From NCBI GenBank assembly GCA_036656055.1, contig JAVVOY010000005.1:6610-70609 (forward strand): DNA of 64,000 nucleotides, in the 5' to 3' direction. The stretch is from Bacteroidales bacterium. Lineage in GTDB: Bacteria > Bacteroidota > Bacteroidia > Bacteroidales > G3-4614. Positions 49,784 through 61,222 of the stretch are shown here, in pieces. Under the pieces are notes generated by a model. It did no database searches. It saw only the letters and a list, made by a program, of their open reading frames with translations, and was not told the DNA's origin. Each line of letters opens with the position of its first letter. Position 1 is the stretch's first letter. The translations under genes were made by a program, and so were the position numbers.

Positions 49784-50566
49784 TTAAATAAATTTATCAC
49801 CTAAAACCTCTTCGACATACTTAAAAGTAGATAATATATCTGCTTTACCTTCCCGTACTGCTACCGAAAGTTCAAAATGTGCCGACGGCTTACGATCCTT
49901 TGTCCTTGTCGTCCACCCGTCACGTTCAATGACTATATTCCGCGAACCCATGTTTATCATCGGTTCAATGGCAAGAACCATTCCACTGCGCAGTAACGGT
50001 CCACAACCCTTACGTCCATAATTGGGAACCTCCGGCTCTTCATGCATGTTTTTGCCTATGCCATGTCCACACATCTCGCGGACTACTGAATACCCCTTCT
50101 TTTCACAATAACTCTGTATTGCATTGCTTATATCACCTACGCGTTTCCCGTCAACAGCTTGTTCAATTCCAACATAAAGAGCCTCCTTTGTCGCTTTAAG
50201 CAGACGATGTATGTCATAACTAACATCACCAACAGAGAAAGTATACGTCGAATCGCCTTGAAAACCGTTTTTCAATACACATAAATCCACCGATACAATA
50301 TCCCCCTCCTTAAGCACCACGTCCGACGGTATTCCGTGAACAACCTGCTCATTTACCGAAGCGCATATTGAATTAGGATAGCCACTATAACCCAAACAAC
50401 TTGGGAAACCTCCGTTATCACGAATAAACTCATCGGCTATCGAATCTAATTTAAGAGTTGTAATTCCCGGAGCAACCCATTTAGCTATTTCACCAAGCGT
50501 CTGCCCCAGAAGGAGATTGCTCTCCCTTATCAACTCTATCTCTTCATCGGTCTTAAGATAAATCAT
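49784..50566 (-). CDS. map: Methionine aminopeptidase type I
   Basis: SVNEQVVHGIP, GHGIG..MHEEP, AIEPM and SAHFE motifs. Confidence 0.96.
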   Translation of the reverse strand: MIYLKTDEEIELIRESNLLLGQTLGEIAKWVAPGITTLKLDSIADEFIRDNGGFPSCLGYSGYPNSICASVNEQVVHGIPSDVVLKEGDIVSVDLCVLKNGFQGDSTYTFSVGDVSYDIHRLLKATKEALYVGIEQAVDGKRVGDISNAIQSYCEKKGYSVVREMCGHGIGKNMHEEPEVPNYGRKGCGPLLRSGMVLAIEPMINMGSRNIVIERDGWTTRTKDRKPSAHFELSVAVREGKADILSTFKYVEEVLGDKFI

Positions 50567-50587
50567 TTTACTTATCTTATTATCGTC

Positions 50588-51931
50588 CTAATATGCAGCA
50601 ACAGAACCGGTACGTCCTTTTATCCTTCCGGATTTAAGGAGTCCATCGTAATGATGCATCATTAAATGGCTCTCAATCTGCTGTAAGGTATCAAGTACAA
50701 CACCCACAAGTATCAACAACGATGTTCCGCCGAAGAACTGTGAGAACTCACTGCTTATACCTGCCAAGCGGGCAAAGGCGGGCATAATTGCAACCAATGC
50801 CAAAAACATCGAACCCGGCAAAGTAATACGAGACATTATAAGGTCAAGGTACTCAGCCGTTTTCTTTCCGGGTTTAATGCCCGGAATAAAACCGTTATTA
50901 CGCTTCATGTCTTCCGCCATCTGATTAGGCTGTATCGTTATCGCCGTATAAAAATAGGTAAATACGATTATCAAGAAAGCATAAACGAAATTGTACCAGA
51001 ATCCTGTATTATCCATAAACGACCGCATAAAAGCATTCCCTGCATTATTTGCTGAAAAGCCCACAATCGTTATAGGAATAAACATAATCGCCTGCGCAAA
51101 GATAATAGGCATAACACCAGCCGTATTAACCTTTAACGGAATATATTGTCTTGCTCCGCCATACTGCTTATTCCCCACAATACGCTTAGCATATTGAACC
51201 GGAACCTTGCGGGTTCCCTGTACAAGAAGAATTGACGCAGCCACCACTATTAACAAGAAGAGTAGCTCTGCCAAGAACATTACCAACCCTCCTGATTTAG
51301 TTGCAGCACGGTTTATAAACTCAATACCCAAAGCATGTGGCAAACGTGCAATAATACCAATTAGTATTATAAACGATATACCATTTCCAACCCCTTTGTC
51401 AGTAATACGCTCGCCTAACCACATTACAAACATACTACCTGCGGCAAGTATTACTGTCGAGGATAGAATAAACATGAAGTCCGATGGGAAAACGCCACCG
51501 GCAACCTGATTCATCTGCACCTTAAGATTGACAAGATAAGACGGACCTTGAACAAGTAAAATCAATACCGTAAGATAACGAGTGTACTGGTTTAGTTTAC
51601 GATGTCCACTCTCTCCTTCGCGCTGCAACTTCTGGAAGTACGGCACAGCCATACCAAGAAGTTGTATTACGATAGAGGCTGAAATGTATGGCATAATTCC
51701 CAATGCAAAGATGGATGCATTAGAAAACGCACCACCCGAGAACATATCCAAAAGTGCCATCAGACCACCTCTGGTCTGATTCTGCAGTTGTGATAAAAAC
51801 TGCGGATCAATACCAGGAAGCACCACATAGGAACCTATACGATACACCATTACAAACAACAAGGTTGTTAGAATCCTATATCTCAAGTCTTCTATCTTCC
51901 AAATGTTTTTTACTGTTTCTATCGCTCTCAT
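50588..51931 (-). CDS. secY: Preprotein translocase SecY
   Basis: SIFALGIMPYISASI, WLGERIT..GVGNG and GGTSLLI motifs. Confidence 0.98.
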   Translation of the reverse strand: MRAIETVKNIWKIEDLRYRILTTLLFVMVYRIGSYVVLPGIDPQFLSQLQNQTRGGLMALLDMFSGGAFSNASIFALGIMPYISASIVIQLLGMAVPYFQKLQREGESGHRKLNQYTRYLTVLILLVQGPSYLVNLKVQMNQVAGGVFPSDFMFILSSTVILAAGSMFVMWLGERITDKGVGNGISFIILIGIIARLPHALGIEFINRAATKSGGLVMFLAELLFLLIVVAASILLVQGTRKVPVQYAKRIVGNKQYGGARQYIPLKVNTAGVMPIIFAQAIMFIPITIVGFSANNAGNAFMRSFMDNTGFWYNFVYAFLIIVFTYFYTAITIQPNQMAEDMKRNNGFIPGIKPGKKTAEYLDLIMSRITLPGSMFLALVAIMPAFARLAGISSEFSQFFGGTSLLILVGVVLDTLQQIESHLMMHHYDGLLKSGRIKGRTGSVAAY

Positions 51932-51935
51932 AAAA

Positions 51936-52382
51936 TTAGAGTTTTACTATTGTCCCGCCCGCAGCTATAATTGCCACTTCGGCAGATTTAGAAAATGCGT
52001 GTGCTGAAACATCTATTTTAACTGTCAATGACCCGTTTCCAAGAATTTTAACCAATTGTTTTGATGAAACAAAACCAGCCTCAATCAAGGTATTAATATC
52101 TATCTTATCAAATTTATTAGCCTCAGCAAGTTCTTGTAACGTACTTAGATTAATAGCCTTATATTCAACATGATTGATGTTTTTAAAGCCAAACTTCGGA
52201 ACACGACGTTGAAGTGGCATCTGACCACCTTCAAAACCGATCTTGCTTTTGTAACCAGAGCGCTGTTTTGCTCCTTTGTGTCCTCTCGTGGAAGTACCGC
52301 CTAAACCAGAACCAGTTCCGCGACCTATTCTTTTACGCGTTTTTGTGGAGCCCAGAGCAGGTTTTAAATTACTTAAGTTCAT
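51936..52382 (-). CDS. rplO: 50S ribosomal protein L15
   Basis: RIGRGTGSG and GFEGGQMPLQRRVPKFGF motifs. Confidence 0.98.
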   Translation of the reverse strand: MNLSNLKPALGSTKTRKRIGRGTGSGLGGTSTRGHKGAKQRSGYKSKIGFEGGQMPLQRRVPKFGFKNINHVEYKAINLSTLQELAEANKFDKIDINTLIEAGFVSSKQLVKILGNGSLTVKIDVSAHAFSKSAEVAIIAAGGTIVKL

Positions 52383-52414
52383 ATCTTTATTATTTTACTT
52401 AATCAAAAAATAAC

Positions 52415-52588
52415 TTATTCTACTACAACCAGATGTTTAACCTTAGCTACCATTCCCAAAATCTGGGGAGTAGCATTATGCTCTACAATTTGGTTAAGTT
52501 TACGCAATCCCAAAGCATCAAGGGTTCTTTTCTGAACAGCGGGACATTTGATTCTACTCTTTACTTGTTTAATCTTTATAGTCTTCAT
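52415..52588 (-). CDS. rpmD: 50S ribosomal protein L30 (absent from the ORF track)
   Basis: Hand translation MKTIKIKQVKSRIKCPAVQKRTLDALGLRKLNQIVEHNATPQILGMVAKVKHLVVVE; between rpsE and rplO. Confidence 0.96.
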   Translation of the reverse strand: MKTIKIKQVKSRIKCPAVQKRTLDALGLRKLNQIVEHNATPQILGMVAKVKHLVVVE

Positions 52589-52604
52589 TTCTCTGTTCCT
52601 TTAA

Positions 52605-53123
52605 TTAACCATTAAATACTTTTTCCATAGAAATGCCACGGTTCCCAGCAACCATTGAGGCATCCCTCAATTCGGCAAGAGCTGTGAAAGTAGCCTTAAC
52701 CAAGTTATGTGGGTTTGACGAACCTTTAGATTTAGCCAAAACATCGGTAATACCAACACTCTCCAGCACGGCGCGCATTGCACCACCGGCCTTAACTCCT
52801 GTACCGTGAGATGCCGGTTTAATGTAAACCAATGCACCGCCAAATTTCGAAAGTTGATCATGAGGTACAGTACCTTTTAGCACCGGAACCTTAATAAGAT
52901 TCTTCTTAGCGGCTTCTACACCCTTTGCAATAGCCGCAGTGACCTCACTTGCTTTACCCAAGCCATAACCAACCACGCCATTACCGTCACCGACTACAAC
53001 TATAGCCGAGAAACTGAACGTACGTCCACCTTTGGTGACTTTGGTTACACGATTGATGTGAACCAATTTGTCTTTTAACTCTAAGTCGTTTGTCGACTTA
53101 ACTCTGTTATATTTTACTGCCAT
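52605..53123 (-). CDS. rpsE: 30S ribosomal protein S5
   Basis: [10 protein letters not shown] and GTGVKAGG motifs. Confidence 0.98.
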   Translation of the reverse strand: MAVKYNRVKSTNDLELKDKLVHINRVTKVTKGGRTFSFSAIVVVGDGNGVVGYGLGKASEVTAAIAKGVEAAKKNLIKVPVLKGTVPHDQLSKFGGALVYIKPASHGTGVKAGGAMRAVLESVGITDVLAKSKGSSNPHNLVKATFTALAELRDASMVAGNRGISMEKVFNG

Positions 53124-53129
53124 TGTCGT

Positions 53130-53471
53130 TTAAAATTTAAGTCCACCCTTACGAGCCGCATCAGCAAGCTCCTGTACACGGCCGTGATAGAGGTAACCAT
53201 TACGGTCGAAAACAACCGAAGTTATACCTGCCTCTTTTGCCTTTTTTGCAATTAATTCTCCCACCTGTGCCGCAGCAGCCCTATTATCTCCATCAGCAAA
53301 TGCTTTAGAAGATGCAGTAACTAGAGTTTTCCCTGCCAAATCATCTACGATTTGAACATATATCTGCTTGTTGCTTCTGAATACAGTCATACGAGGAGTC
53401 TCTGCCGTCCCCGATATTTTACCACGTATGCGGGTTTTGATCTTTATTCTTCTTTCTAATTTAGTCATCAT
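53130..53471 (-). CDS. rplR: 50S ribosomal protein L18
   Basis: [13 protein letters not shown] and [12 protein letters not shown] motifs. Confidence 0.98.
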   Translation of the reverse strand: MMTKLERRIKIKTRIRGKISGTAETPRMTVFRSNKQIYVQIVDDLAGKTLVTASSKAFADGDNRAAAAQVGELIAKKAKEAGITSVVFDRNGYLYHGRVQELADAARKGGLKF

Positions 53472-53493
53472 GATATTTACCTATTTACGTGAA

Positions 53494-54048
53494 TTATTTA
53501 GCTGATGCAGACTTTCCGGATTTCCTGCGAATATATTCACCTACGAATCTTATACCCTTACCTTTATAAGGTTCAGGCTTACGCATTGAACGTACCTTAG
53601 CACAGATAAGACCGAGCAACTCTTTATCACATGACTCTAACAAAATCAGCGGATTCTTATTACGTTCAGATTTCGTTTCGAGTTTTACCTCCTTTGGTAA
53701 TCTTATATAAGTATCGTGAGAATAGCCTAAAGACAATTTTAAAACTTGTCCATTACCTTCAGCACGATAACCAACACCTACTAACTCCATCTCTTTCTTA
53801 TATCCATTCGACACGCCAATAACTAAGTTATTTATAAGCGAACGGTAAAGACCGTGTAATGCGCGCGAACCCTTAGTTTCATCAGGACGAGTTACGGTTA
53901 TAATTCCATTATCAACAATTACGGCTATTCCGCCGGTGACTTTCTGTGACATCTCCCCTTTTGTACCTTTTACAGAAACGATATCACCTTTAACTGTTAC
54001 TGTTACGCCTGCGGGGATGTTTATTGGCAATTTTCCTATTCGTGACAT
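53494..54048 (-). CDS. rplF: 50S ribosomal protein L6
   Basis: MSRIGKLP and PEPYKGKGI motifs. Confidence 0.98.
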   Translation of the reverse strand: MSRIGKLPINIPAGVTVTVKGDIVSVKGTKGEMSQKVTGGIAVIVDNGIITVTRPDETKGSRALHGLYRSLINNLVIGVSNGYKKEMELVGVGYRAEGNGQVLKLSLGYSHDTYIRLPKEVKLETKSERNKNPLILLESCDKELLGLICAKVRSMRKPEPYKGKGIRFVGEYIRRKSGKSASAK

Positions 54049-54066
54049 AATTTACCTCCTCCTTTA

Positions 54067-54462
54067 TTAATAAACGTAACATAAAACCTCGCCACCTATC
54101 ATCTGCTCGCGAGCCTCCTTATCGGTCATAACACCCTTAGATGTAGAGATAATCGCTACCCCCAAACCGTTTAACACGCGTGGCAAACATTTGTGCCCGA
54201 CATATTGACGCAAACCCGGAGAAGATACTCTCTGTAGTTTCTTTATTGCGTTAACTTTATTTACCGGATCATATTTCAAGGCTATTTTTATAGAACCCTG
54301 AGGACCCTCTTCTACAAACTTATAATTAAGTATGTAGCCTTTTTCAAAAAGGATTTTCGTGATCTCTTTTTTCAAGTTAGATGCAGGAATCTCAACAACA
54401 TTGTGTTGAGCTTTAATTGCGTTTCTTAATCTTGTAAGATAATCTGCTATTGGATCTGTCAT
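54067..54462 (-). CDS. rpsH: 30S ribosomal protein S8
   Basis: [20 protein letters not shown] and GGEVL motifs. Confidence 0.98.
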   Translation of the reverse strand: MTDPIADYLTRLRNAIKAQHNVVEIPASNLKKEITKILFEKGYILNYKFVEEGPQGSIKIALKYDPVNKVNAIKKLQRVSSPGLRQYVGHKCLPRVLNGLGVAIISTSKGVMTDKEAREQMIGGEVLCYVY

Positions 54463-54522
54463 ATAAATAAATGTTTAAATTGATTCGGACTATCCGAACA
54501 ATATTTAACTTCTCTTCAAACT

Positions 54523-54792
54523 CTACCAGCTCGCCTTTTTAACACCTGGAATTAATCCTTGCGATGCCATTTCACGAAACTGAATACGGGAAACGCCAAA
54601 CTGGCGCATATATCCTTTCGGACGACCGGTAAGACTACAACGATTGTGCAATCTCACACGCGATGCATTACGAGGAAGTAACTGAAGTGCCTCATAGTTA
54701 CCGTCCTCTTTAAGCTGCGCTTTCTTTACGGCGTATTTGGCGACTAATTTAGCTCTCTTCACTTCGCGAGCCTTCATTGATTCTTTTGCCAT
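54523..54792 (-). CDS. rpsN: 30S ribosomal protein S14 (89 aa, zinc-independent)
   Basis: [14 protein letters not shown] and PGVKKASW motifs. Confidence 0.98.
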   Translation of the reverse strand: MAKESMKAREVKRAKLVAKYAVKKAQLKEDGNYEALQLLPRNASRVRLHNRCSLTGRPKGYMRQFGVSRIQFREMASQGLIPGVKKASW

Positions 54793-54795
54793 ATC

Positions 54796-55353
54796 TTAGC
54801 TCTTTTTGATGTTTTTGAAAGGTAAACCAAACTCTTTTAACAGTGCGAATCCCTCCTCGTCAGTCCCTGCAGAAGTAACGAAAGTTATATTCATACCTGA
54901 AATTTTACTGATCGAATCGATATTTATCTCAGGGAAAATTATCTGCTCCTGGATACCAAGAGTATAATTACCCTTTCCATCCAATTTGCTTTCAATCCCC
55001 TTAAAGTCACGTATACGAGGCAAAGCCACGCGTACCAGACGCTCAAGAAATTCGTACATCTGCTCACGACGCAAAGTAACCATAACGCCAATAGGCATCT
55101 TCTTACGAAGTTTAAAATTAGAAATATCTTTCCGAGAGAGTGTTGCTACGGCTTTCTGACCAACTATTGCGGTAAGTTCTGCAATTGCTGTATCAATAAC
55201 TTTCTTATCACCTGTCGCCTCTCCGAGTCCTTGATTAAGCACGATTTTCTTCAAAACCGGAACCTGCATTACACTGCTGTATTTGAACTCCTTCATCAAA
55301 GCGGGGACGATTCTCTCTTTATAATCTTTTTTGAGATTTACTGTTGCGCTCAT
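54796..55353 (-). CDS. rplE: 50S ribosomal protein L5
   Basis: [19 protein letters not shown] and QIIFPEI motifs. Confidence 0.98.
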   Translation of the reverse strand: MSATVNLKKDYKERIVPALMKEFKYSSVMQVPVLKKIVLNQGLGEATGDKKVIDTAIAELTAIVGQKAVATLSRKDISNFKLRKKMPIGVMVTLRREQMYEFLERLVRVALPRIRDFKGIESKLDGKGNYTLGIQEQIIFPEINIDSISKISGMNITFVTSAGTDEEGFALLKEFGLPFKNIKKS

Positions 55354-55673
55354 TATTTAATCTCCTCTCCTGATTTTTTAGAATAACGTACTAATTTGCC
55401 TAATTCATTTTCACGACGACCTACACGTGTTGCCTTTTTTGTTTTAGCATCCATTACGTTAAGGTTCGAAATATGAACAGAAGCCTCCTTCTTTACTATG
55501 CCTCCTTGAGGACTCTTAGCATTAGGCTTGGTGTGCTTCGACACCATATTTACACTCTCTACGATTGCACGACTCTCGTTAACGAGAACCTTCAGCACAC
55601 GACCGGTAGCTCCTTTGTCGTCACCTGCATTAACGTAAACAGTATCTCCTTTTTTAATGTGTAATTTACTCAT
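55353..55673 (-). CDS. rplX: 50S ribosomal protein L24
   Basis: IKKGDTV..AGDDKG KOW motif and EASVHISN. Confidence 0.98.
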   Translation of the reverse strand: MSKLHIKKGDTVYVNAGDDKGATGRVLKVLVNESRAIVESVNMVSKHTKPNAKSPQGGIVKKEASVHISNLNVMDAKTKKATRVGRRENELGKLVRYSKKSGEEIK

Positions 55674-55693
55674 TAATCTTTATTTTTATGCTA

Positions 55694-56059
55694 TTAAAGA
55701 ACTTCAGGTGCCAACGAAACTATCTTCATATTAGTTACACGTAATTCACGCGCAACAGGGCCGAAAATACGGCTGCCTCTTATCTCGCCCGCACCGTTTA
55801 ACAATACACAGGCATTGTCATCGAAACGTATGTAAGAGCCATCCTGACGACGTATCTCTTTTTTAGTACGCACAATAACGGCCTTTGAAACAGCGCCTTT
55901 CTTTATCTCGCTTGAAGGGATAGCACTCTTAATAGCAACGACGATTATATCGCCTACACTTGCATAGCGTCTGCCGGTTCCACCCAATACGCGGATACAA
56001 AGTGCCTCTTTTGCTCCACTGTTATCTGCCACAGTAAGTCTTGACTCTTGTTGTATCAT
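55694..56059 (-). CDS. rplN: 50S ribosomal protein L14
   Basis: [14 protein letters not shown] and [10 protein letters not shown] motifs. Confidence 0.98.
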   Translation of the reverse strand: MIQQESRLTVADNSGAKEALCIRVLGGTGRRYASVGDIIVVAIKSAIPSSEIKKGAVSKAVIVRTKKEIRRQDGSYIRFDDNACVLLNGAGEIRGSRIFGPVARELRVTNMKIVSLAPEVL

Positions 56060-56061
56060 AA

Positions 56062-56319
56062 TTATTTAGCTTTTTCAACAATTTCAATTACTCTCCATCT
56101 CTTCATTTTGCTCAACGGACGAGTTTCTAGCAATCTTACAGTATCACCGATACCGCACTCGTTCTTTTCATCGTGAGCATGGTATTTCTTCGTCTTACTG
56201 ACGAACTTACCATAAATAGGGTGTTTCTCTTTCCATTTTACGGCAACCGTAACAGTTTTTTCCATCTTGTCGCTCGTAACAACACCAATTCTCTCTTTTC
56301 TGATATTTTTTGTTTCCAT
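56062..56319 (-). CDS. rpsQ: 30S ribosomal protein S17
   Basis: [17 protein letters not shown] and ETRPLSK motifs. Confidence 0.98.
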   Translation of the reverse strand: METKNIRKERIGVVTSDKMEKTVTVAVKWKEKHPIYGKFVSKTKKYHAHDEKNECGIGDTVRLLETRPLSKMKRWRVIEIVEKAK

Positions 56320-56332
56320 TAGGCGTTATCAG

Positions 56333-56527
56333 TTATGCGTTAACTTCTCTTTGATGTAACTCACTCTTCATACATGCGATACTCCTGCGAGATTGTTTAA
56401 TCTGTGTTGGATTATCAAGTGGAGAGATACTGTGATTGATCTCCATGCGGTTCAGAGCAACCACTTGGGCTTCAATCCTCTCAACCAACTCCTTTGTAGG
56501 AAGTTCTCTTATTTCTGCGATCTTCAT
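56333..56527 (-). CDS. rpmC: 50S ribosomal protein L29
   Basis: MKIAEIREL..LDNPTQIK..RRSIA; position between rplP and rpsQ. Confidence 0.95.
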   Translation of the reverse strand: MKIAEIRELPTKELVERIEAQVVALNRMEINHSISPLDNPTQIKQSRRSIACMKSELHQREVNA

Positions 56528-56542
56528 ATCTTTTTTCCCTCC

Positions 56543-56974
56543 TTATGCGTTTTGATTTGCGTCATAATCACGACGAATAATAAACTTAGTTGTTACGGGT
56601 AATTTCTGTGCACCAAGGCGCAAAGCCTCTTTCGCTATATCAAACGATACACCTTCAATCTCTATAAGAATTCTGCCCGGCGTAACCGGAGCCACAAACC
56701 CCTCTGGAGAACCTTTTCCTTTACCCATACGTACTTCAGCAGGTTTTTTGGTAATAGGCTTATCCGGAAATATTCTTATCCAGATTTGTCCCTGACGTTG
56801 CATATATCTGGTAACAGCTACGCGGGCGGCCTCTATCTGGCGACCGGTAAGCCATTTCGACTGCAAACACTTTATACCAAAAGACCCGAAGGCCAGCTCA
56901 CTGCCACGCTGGGCGACACCTTTCATGCGACCCTTCTGCTGCCTTCTGAATTTTGTTTTCTTCGGTTGTAACAT
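56543..56974 (-). CDS. rplP: 50S ribosomal protein L16
   Basis: [10 protein letters not shown] and RMGKGKG motifs. Confidence 0.98.
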   Translation of the reverse strand: MLQPKKTKFRRQQKGRMKGVAQRGSELAFGSFGIKCLQSKWLTGRQIEAARVAVTRYMQRQGQIWIRIFPDKPITKKPAEVRMGKGKGSPEGFVAPVTPGRILIEIEGVSFDIAKEALRLGAQKLPVTTKFIIRRDYDANQNA

Positions 56975-56999
56975 TTTATGTCAGTTCTTTTCGTTAAAA

Positions 57000-57743
57000 T
57001 TACTTTTTGTTCTTCCTGAACCCCTTTTTAGGACCCATTCCACCCGTATTAGCATTATTGCTACGAGTATCTTTCTGTGTGGCGAACGAAGGAGCCAGAT
57101 CTTTCTTACCATAGATCTCTCCACGGCAAATCCAAACCTTTATACCTACCAATCCCACCTTAGTAAGAGCTTCACCAAGAGCATAATCAATATCAGCACG
57201 AAGAGTATGTAATGGAGTACGACCCTCCTTATACATCTCTGAACGTGCCATTTCAGCACCATTCAAACGACCTGATATCTGAACCTTTATACCTTCAGCT
57301 CCAGCACGCATAGTATTTGCTACGGCTGTTTTTATTGCCCGGCGGTAAGCCATCTTGCCCTCAATCTGACGAGCAATACTGTTTGCCACAATAACCGCAT
57401 CAAATTCCGGCTTCTTTACCTCAAAGATATTTATCTGAATATCCTTATCAGTTTTATCGGTGATTTTCTTCAACTCTTCTTTGAGTTTATCCACCTCTTG
57501 TCCACCTTTACCAATAACCATACCAGGGCGCGACGTGCAAACGGTAATGATTATAAGTTTAAGTGTACGCTCAATCACAATGCGTGATACACCGCTTGCC
57601 TTAGAAAGACGGGCATTCAGATATTTGCGAATTTTGCTGTCTTCCAACAATTTGTCGCCATATTTATCACCGCCATACCAATTAGAATCCCATCCTCTGA
57701 TGATTCCCAAACGGTTACTTATCGGATTTACTTTCTGTCCCAT
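57000..57743 (-). CDS. rpsC: 30S ribosomal protein S3
   Basis: MGQKVNP start at 57743; [20 protein letters not shown] and [10 protein letters not shown] motifs. Confidence 0.98.
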   Translation of the reverse strand: MGQKVNPISNRLGIIRGWDSNWYGGDKYGDKLLEDSKIRKYLNARLSKASGVSRIVIERTLKLIIITVCTSRPGMVIGKGGQEVDKLKEELKKITDKTDKDIQINIFEVKKPEFDAVIVANSIARQIEGKMAYRRAIKTAVANTMRAGAEGIKVQISGRLNGAEMARSEMYKEGRTPLHTLRADIDYALGEALTKVGLVGIKVWICRGEIYGKKDLAPSFATQKDTRSNNANTGGMGPKKGFRKNKK

Positions 57744-57747
57744 CGGC

Positions 57748-58158
57748 TTACTCTTGATTTTCGTTTTTACTCTTTGTATCAACAAACAACGTCACGTGGT
57801 TTGAACGTTTGCGGATTCTGTATCCACGACCCTGAGGAGCCGGACGCAGACGCTTTAGCATCGCAGCGCTATCCACAAAAATTTCCGAGATATAAAGCTC
57901 TCCGCTTTCGGCTTTACGTTCATTCTTCTGCTCCCAATTGGCAATTGCAGAACGCAGCAATTTTTCTAACCTTGCCGATGCCTCTTTAGTCGAGAACTTA
58001 AGTACGCCCAAAGCCTTGAACACCTCCATGCCCCTAACCAAATCTGTTACCAGACGCATCTTTCGTGGCGAGGATGGAACGTTATTCAGCTTGGCGAAGC
58101 TCTTCTCTTTCAAGGCTTCTTTCCTTTTTTCGGCTGATTGTCTTTTTCTTGCACCCAT
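57748..58158 (-). CDS. rplV: 50S ribosomal protein L22
   Basis: [13 protein letters not shown] and RPAPQGR motifs. Confidence 0.98.
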   Translation of the reverse strand: MGARKRQSAEKRKEALKEKSFAKLNNVPSSPRKMRLVTDLVRGMEVFKALGVLKFSTKEASARLEKLLRSAIANWEQKNERKAESGELYISEIFVDSAAMLKRLRPAPQGRGYRIRKRSNHVTLFVDTKSKNENQE

Positions 58159-58203
58159 TTTATTTCTGTTTTTACTTATTTATTTTTATATTCCCTTCAG
58201 GTA

Positions 58204-58473
58204 TTATTTTTTCTTATTACCTGCATGTCCACGGAAGATACGTGTTGGGGCAAACTCACCCAACTTATGACCAACCATATTTTCGGTTACGTATACGGGA
58301 ATAAACTTATTACCATTGTGAACGGCAAAGGTGTACCCTACGAAATCAGGAGAGATCATAGAGGCACGCGACCAAGTCTTTATAACCGATTTCTTACCGG
58401 TTGCCGACATGGCAGTAACCTTCTTCTCAAGTTTCACACTGATAAACGGTCCTTTTTTTAATGAACGACTCAT
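58204..58473 (-). CDS. rpsS: 30S ribosomal protein S19
   Basis: [13 protein letters not shown] and [11 protein letters not shown] motifs. Confidence 0.98.
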   Translation of the reverse strand: MSRSLKKGPFISVKLEKKVTAMSATGKKSVIKTWSRASMISPDFVGYTFAVHNGNKFIPVYVTENMVGHKLGEFAPTRIFRGHAGNKKK

Positions 58474-58492
58474 AATTGTTTAATTATTCAAA

Positions 58493-59317
58493 TTATTTTT
58501 TCCTTCTTTCAATAATGTACTTCGAAGATTGTTTCTTCGGAGCTCTTGTCTTAAGACCCTTAGAGTAAAGACCCTTACGTGAACGCGGATGACCTCCGGA
58601 AGCACGTCCTTCACCACCACCCATCGGGTGATCAACAGGGTTCATAACCACACCACGGGTACGAGGACGACGCCCCAACCAACGAGAACGACCGGCCTTA
58701 CCCGACTCCTCCAACGCATGATCAGAATTTCCTACCGTACCTATTGTAGCCTTGCATGTAGCAAGTATCTTTCGAGTCTCACCCGAAGGTAATTTGATAA
58801 TTACATACTTTCCTTCTCTCGAAGTCAACTGGGCAAACACTCCGGCCGAGCGAACTAATGCCGCTCCTTGACCGGGGCGCAACTCAACATTGTGAATAAC
58901 CGTACCAACAGGAATATCCTGCAGAAACAGTGTATTTCCAACTTCAGGAGCTGCTGTTTCACCCGACATTACTGTCGCACCAACTTCCAGACCATTAGGA
59001 GCAACTATATAACGCTTTTCACCGTCGGCATAAAATAAAAGCGCAATGCGAGACGAACGGTTAGGATCGTACTCTATTGATGCAACTTTAGCCGGAACAC
59101 CATCTTTATTTCTCTTGAAATCGATAACTCTGTATTTACGTTTGTGACCGCCACCGAGATAACGCATCGTAAGATGCCCCTCGCTATTACGACCACCAGA
59201 ATTTTTCTTACCAACAACAAGTGATTTTTCTGGTGCGGTAGCAGTTATTTTATCAAACGCACCAATAATCTTGTGTCTCTGCCCCGGTGTCGTGGGCTTT
59301 AATTTACGTACTGCCAT
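58493..59317 (-). CDS. rplB: 50S ribosomal protein L2
   Basis: [16 protein letters not shown] and [13 protein letters not shown] motifs. Confidence 0.98.
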   Translation of the reverse strand: MAVRKLKPTTPGQRHKIIGAFDKITATAPEKSLVVGKKNSGGRNSEGHLTMRYLGGGHKRKYRVIDFKRNKDGVPAKVASIEYDPNRSSRIALLFYADGEKRYIVAPNGLEVGATVMSGETAAPEVGNTLFLQDIPVGTVIHNVELRPGQGAALVRSAGVFAQLTSREGKYVIIKLPSGETRKILATCKATIGTVGNSDHALEESGKAGRSRWLGRRPRTRGVVMNPVDHPMGGGEGRASGGHPRSRKGLYSKGLKTRAPKKQSSKYIIERRKK

Positions 59318-59320
59318 TTT

Positions 59321-59614
59321 CTAATTAATATTACTATAAAAATCTATTGATTCACCCTCTTTCAATGTAACCAACGCCTTTTTATATGCTGCGGTTTTAC
59401 CTTGAATAAGACCTGATTTAGTATAACGGCTCTTATTCTTGCCATTATAGTTCATCGTATTCACAGATATCACGGTCACATTATACATCTCCTCCACAGC
59501 TTTCTTTATCTGCGGTTTATTTGCATCAGGATCAACACGAAACCCATAACGGTTCAGTTTCTCCGACATGCGAGTCATTTTTTCTGTAACAATCGGTTTA
59601 ATAATTATTGCCAT
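59321..59614 (-). CDS. rplW: 50S ribosomal protein L23
   Basis: KPIVTEK, ANKPQIKKAVE and YKKALVTL motifs. Confidence 0.97.
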   Translation of the reverse strand: MAIIIKPIVTEKMTRMSEKLNRYGFRVDPDANKPQIKKAVEEMYNVTVISVNTMNYNGKNKSRYTKSGLIQGKTAAYKKALVTLKEGESIDFYSNIN

Positions 59615-59631
59615 TATCGTGCCTCCTTACA

Positions 59632-60252
59632 TTAAAATTCATTAACAACAGCCACAGAACTCTCTAAAAGCACCATATTCTCACAATCGAGAATTTTGTA
59701 TGTATTTAGTTCCGAAACTGTTATAACTTTTGTCTTCGGTAAATTCCGAGCCGACAAATATACATTTTTATTTTGGTCTGATAAAACTAAAAGTAACTTT
59801 TTATCAGACAGTTGCAAATTTTTTACGATTTCGAGAAACTCTTTCGTTTTAGGAGCCTCAAAATTGAAGTCCTCAACTACTGTTATCGCTTTATCATTTG
59901 CCTTGAACGTCAAAGCCGATTTACGGGCCAGAGCTTTAACTTTTTTATTAAGTTTAAAACTATAATCCTTCGGCTTGGGTCCGAAAACCCTACCTCCGCC
60001 GACCATCACCGGAGAGTTGATATCTCCACTACGTGCGCCGCCGGTACCCTTCTGTTTCTTGAGCTTACGAGTACTACCCGATATCTCGCTTCTTTCTTTC
60101 GATTTGTGAGTTCCTTGGCGATTATTCGCCATGAATTGTTTAACGTCTAAATAGATGGCATGCTCGTTCGGCGCAACGCCAAATACTGCATCGTTCAACG
60201 TAACCTTTTTTCCTGTATCCTCACCTTTGATGTTAAATACGTTCAGTTCCAT
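59632..60252 (-). CDS. rplD: 50S ribosomal protein L4
   Basis: [16 protein letters not shown] and [10 protein letters not shown] motifs. Confidence 0.98.
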   Translation of the reverse strand: MELNVFNIKGEDTGKKVTLNDAVFGVAPNEHAIYLDVKQFMANNRQGTHKSKERSEISGSTRKLKKQKGTGGARSGDINSPVMVGGGRVFGPKPKDYSFKLNKKVKALARKSALTFKANDKAITVVEDFNFEAPKTKEFLEIVKNLQLSDKKLLLVLSDQNKNVYLSARNLPKTKVITVSELNTYKILDCENMVLLESSVAVVNEF

Positions 60253-60869
60253 TACTTCTCTATTATTACGATTGAACCTTTACTACCCGGTATAGAACCT
60301 TTTAACAATAAAAGGTTATGTTCCGGAATTACTTTTATTACCTGAAGATTTTGTACTGACACCTTCTGGTTTCCGGTCTGACCTGCCATGCGTGTTCCCT
60401 TAAACACACGTGCAGGATATGAACATGCACCCACAGATCCCGGTGCACGAAGACGGTTATGTTGACCATGCGTTGCTTGACCAACACCACCAAAACCATG
60501 GCGTTTTACAACACCCTGGAATCCTTTTCCTTTGGATGTTCCGATAACATCCACATAATCATCCTCAACAAAGAGATCAACCGCGATAACATCTCCCGGT
60601 TTATACTCCGATTCAAACCCTTTGAACTCGGCCAAGTGTCTCTTGGGTGTCACACCACTCGTCTTAAAGTGTCCCATTTCCGGCTTAGTAGTATGTTTCT
60701 CCTTTTTATCCTCGAAACCTACTTGAACCGCATGGTAACCGTCTTTTTCAACAGTTTTCAGCTGTGTGACAACGCAAGGACCTGCTTCGATAACAGTGCA
60801 TGGCATATTTACGCCATCAGCACTGAATACGGATGTCATTCCGATTTTCTTTCCTAATAATCCTGGCAT
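60252..60869 (-). CDS. rplC: 50S ribosomal protein L3
   Basis: [20 protein letters not shown] and RAPGS motifs. Confidence 0.98.
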   Translation of the reverse strand: MPGLLGKKIGMTSVFSADGVNMPCTVIEAGPCVVTQLKTVEKDGYHAVQVGFEDKKEKHTTKPEMGHFKTSGVTPKRHLAEFKGFESEYKPGDVIAVDLFVEDDYVDVIGTSKGKGFQGVVKRHGFGGVGQATHGQHNRLRAPGSVGACSYPARVFKGTRMAGQTGNQKVSVQNLQVIKVIPEHNLLLLKGSIPGSKGSIVIIEK

Positions 60870-60889
60870 TTCTGTTTGCTTTTAATAGT

Positions 60890-61201
60890 TTACAATTTTA
60901 TCTCTACATCCACACCACTGGGCAACTCAAGCTTCATAAGCGCCTCAACAGCCTTCGATGAGCTATTAAATATCTCTATCTCTATCAAACGGCGATAGAA
61001 AGAGAGCTCGAACTGCTCACGCGACTTTTTGTTTACAAATGTGGAACGGTTTACAGTAAAAATACGCTTGCGCGTAGGCAGAGGGATTGGACCTTTAACC
61101 ACAGCACCTGTAGCTTTTACCGTTTTTACGATCTTCTCAGCCGATTTGTCAACCAGCGTATGATCGTAAGATTTCAATTTGATTCTTATTTTTGAATTCA
61201 T
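60890..61201 (-). CDS. rpsJ: 30S ribosomal protein S10
   Basis: [17 protein letters not shown] and SREQFE motifs. Confidence 0.98.
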   Translation of the reverse strand: MNSKIRIKLKSYDHTLVDKSAEKIVKTVKATGAVVKGPIPLPTRKRIFTVNRSTFVNKKSREQFELSFYRRLIEIEIFNSSSKAVEALMKLELPSGVDVEIKL

Positions 61202-61222
61202 ATCGTTTTGTGATATTATATA

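Noticed and set aside
49421-54792. Zinc-independent L36 and 89-aa S14 as unusual paralogs
   Set aside because: These forms are the usual operon copies in Bacteroidales.
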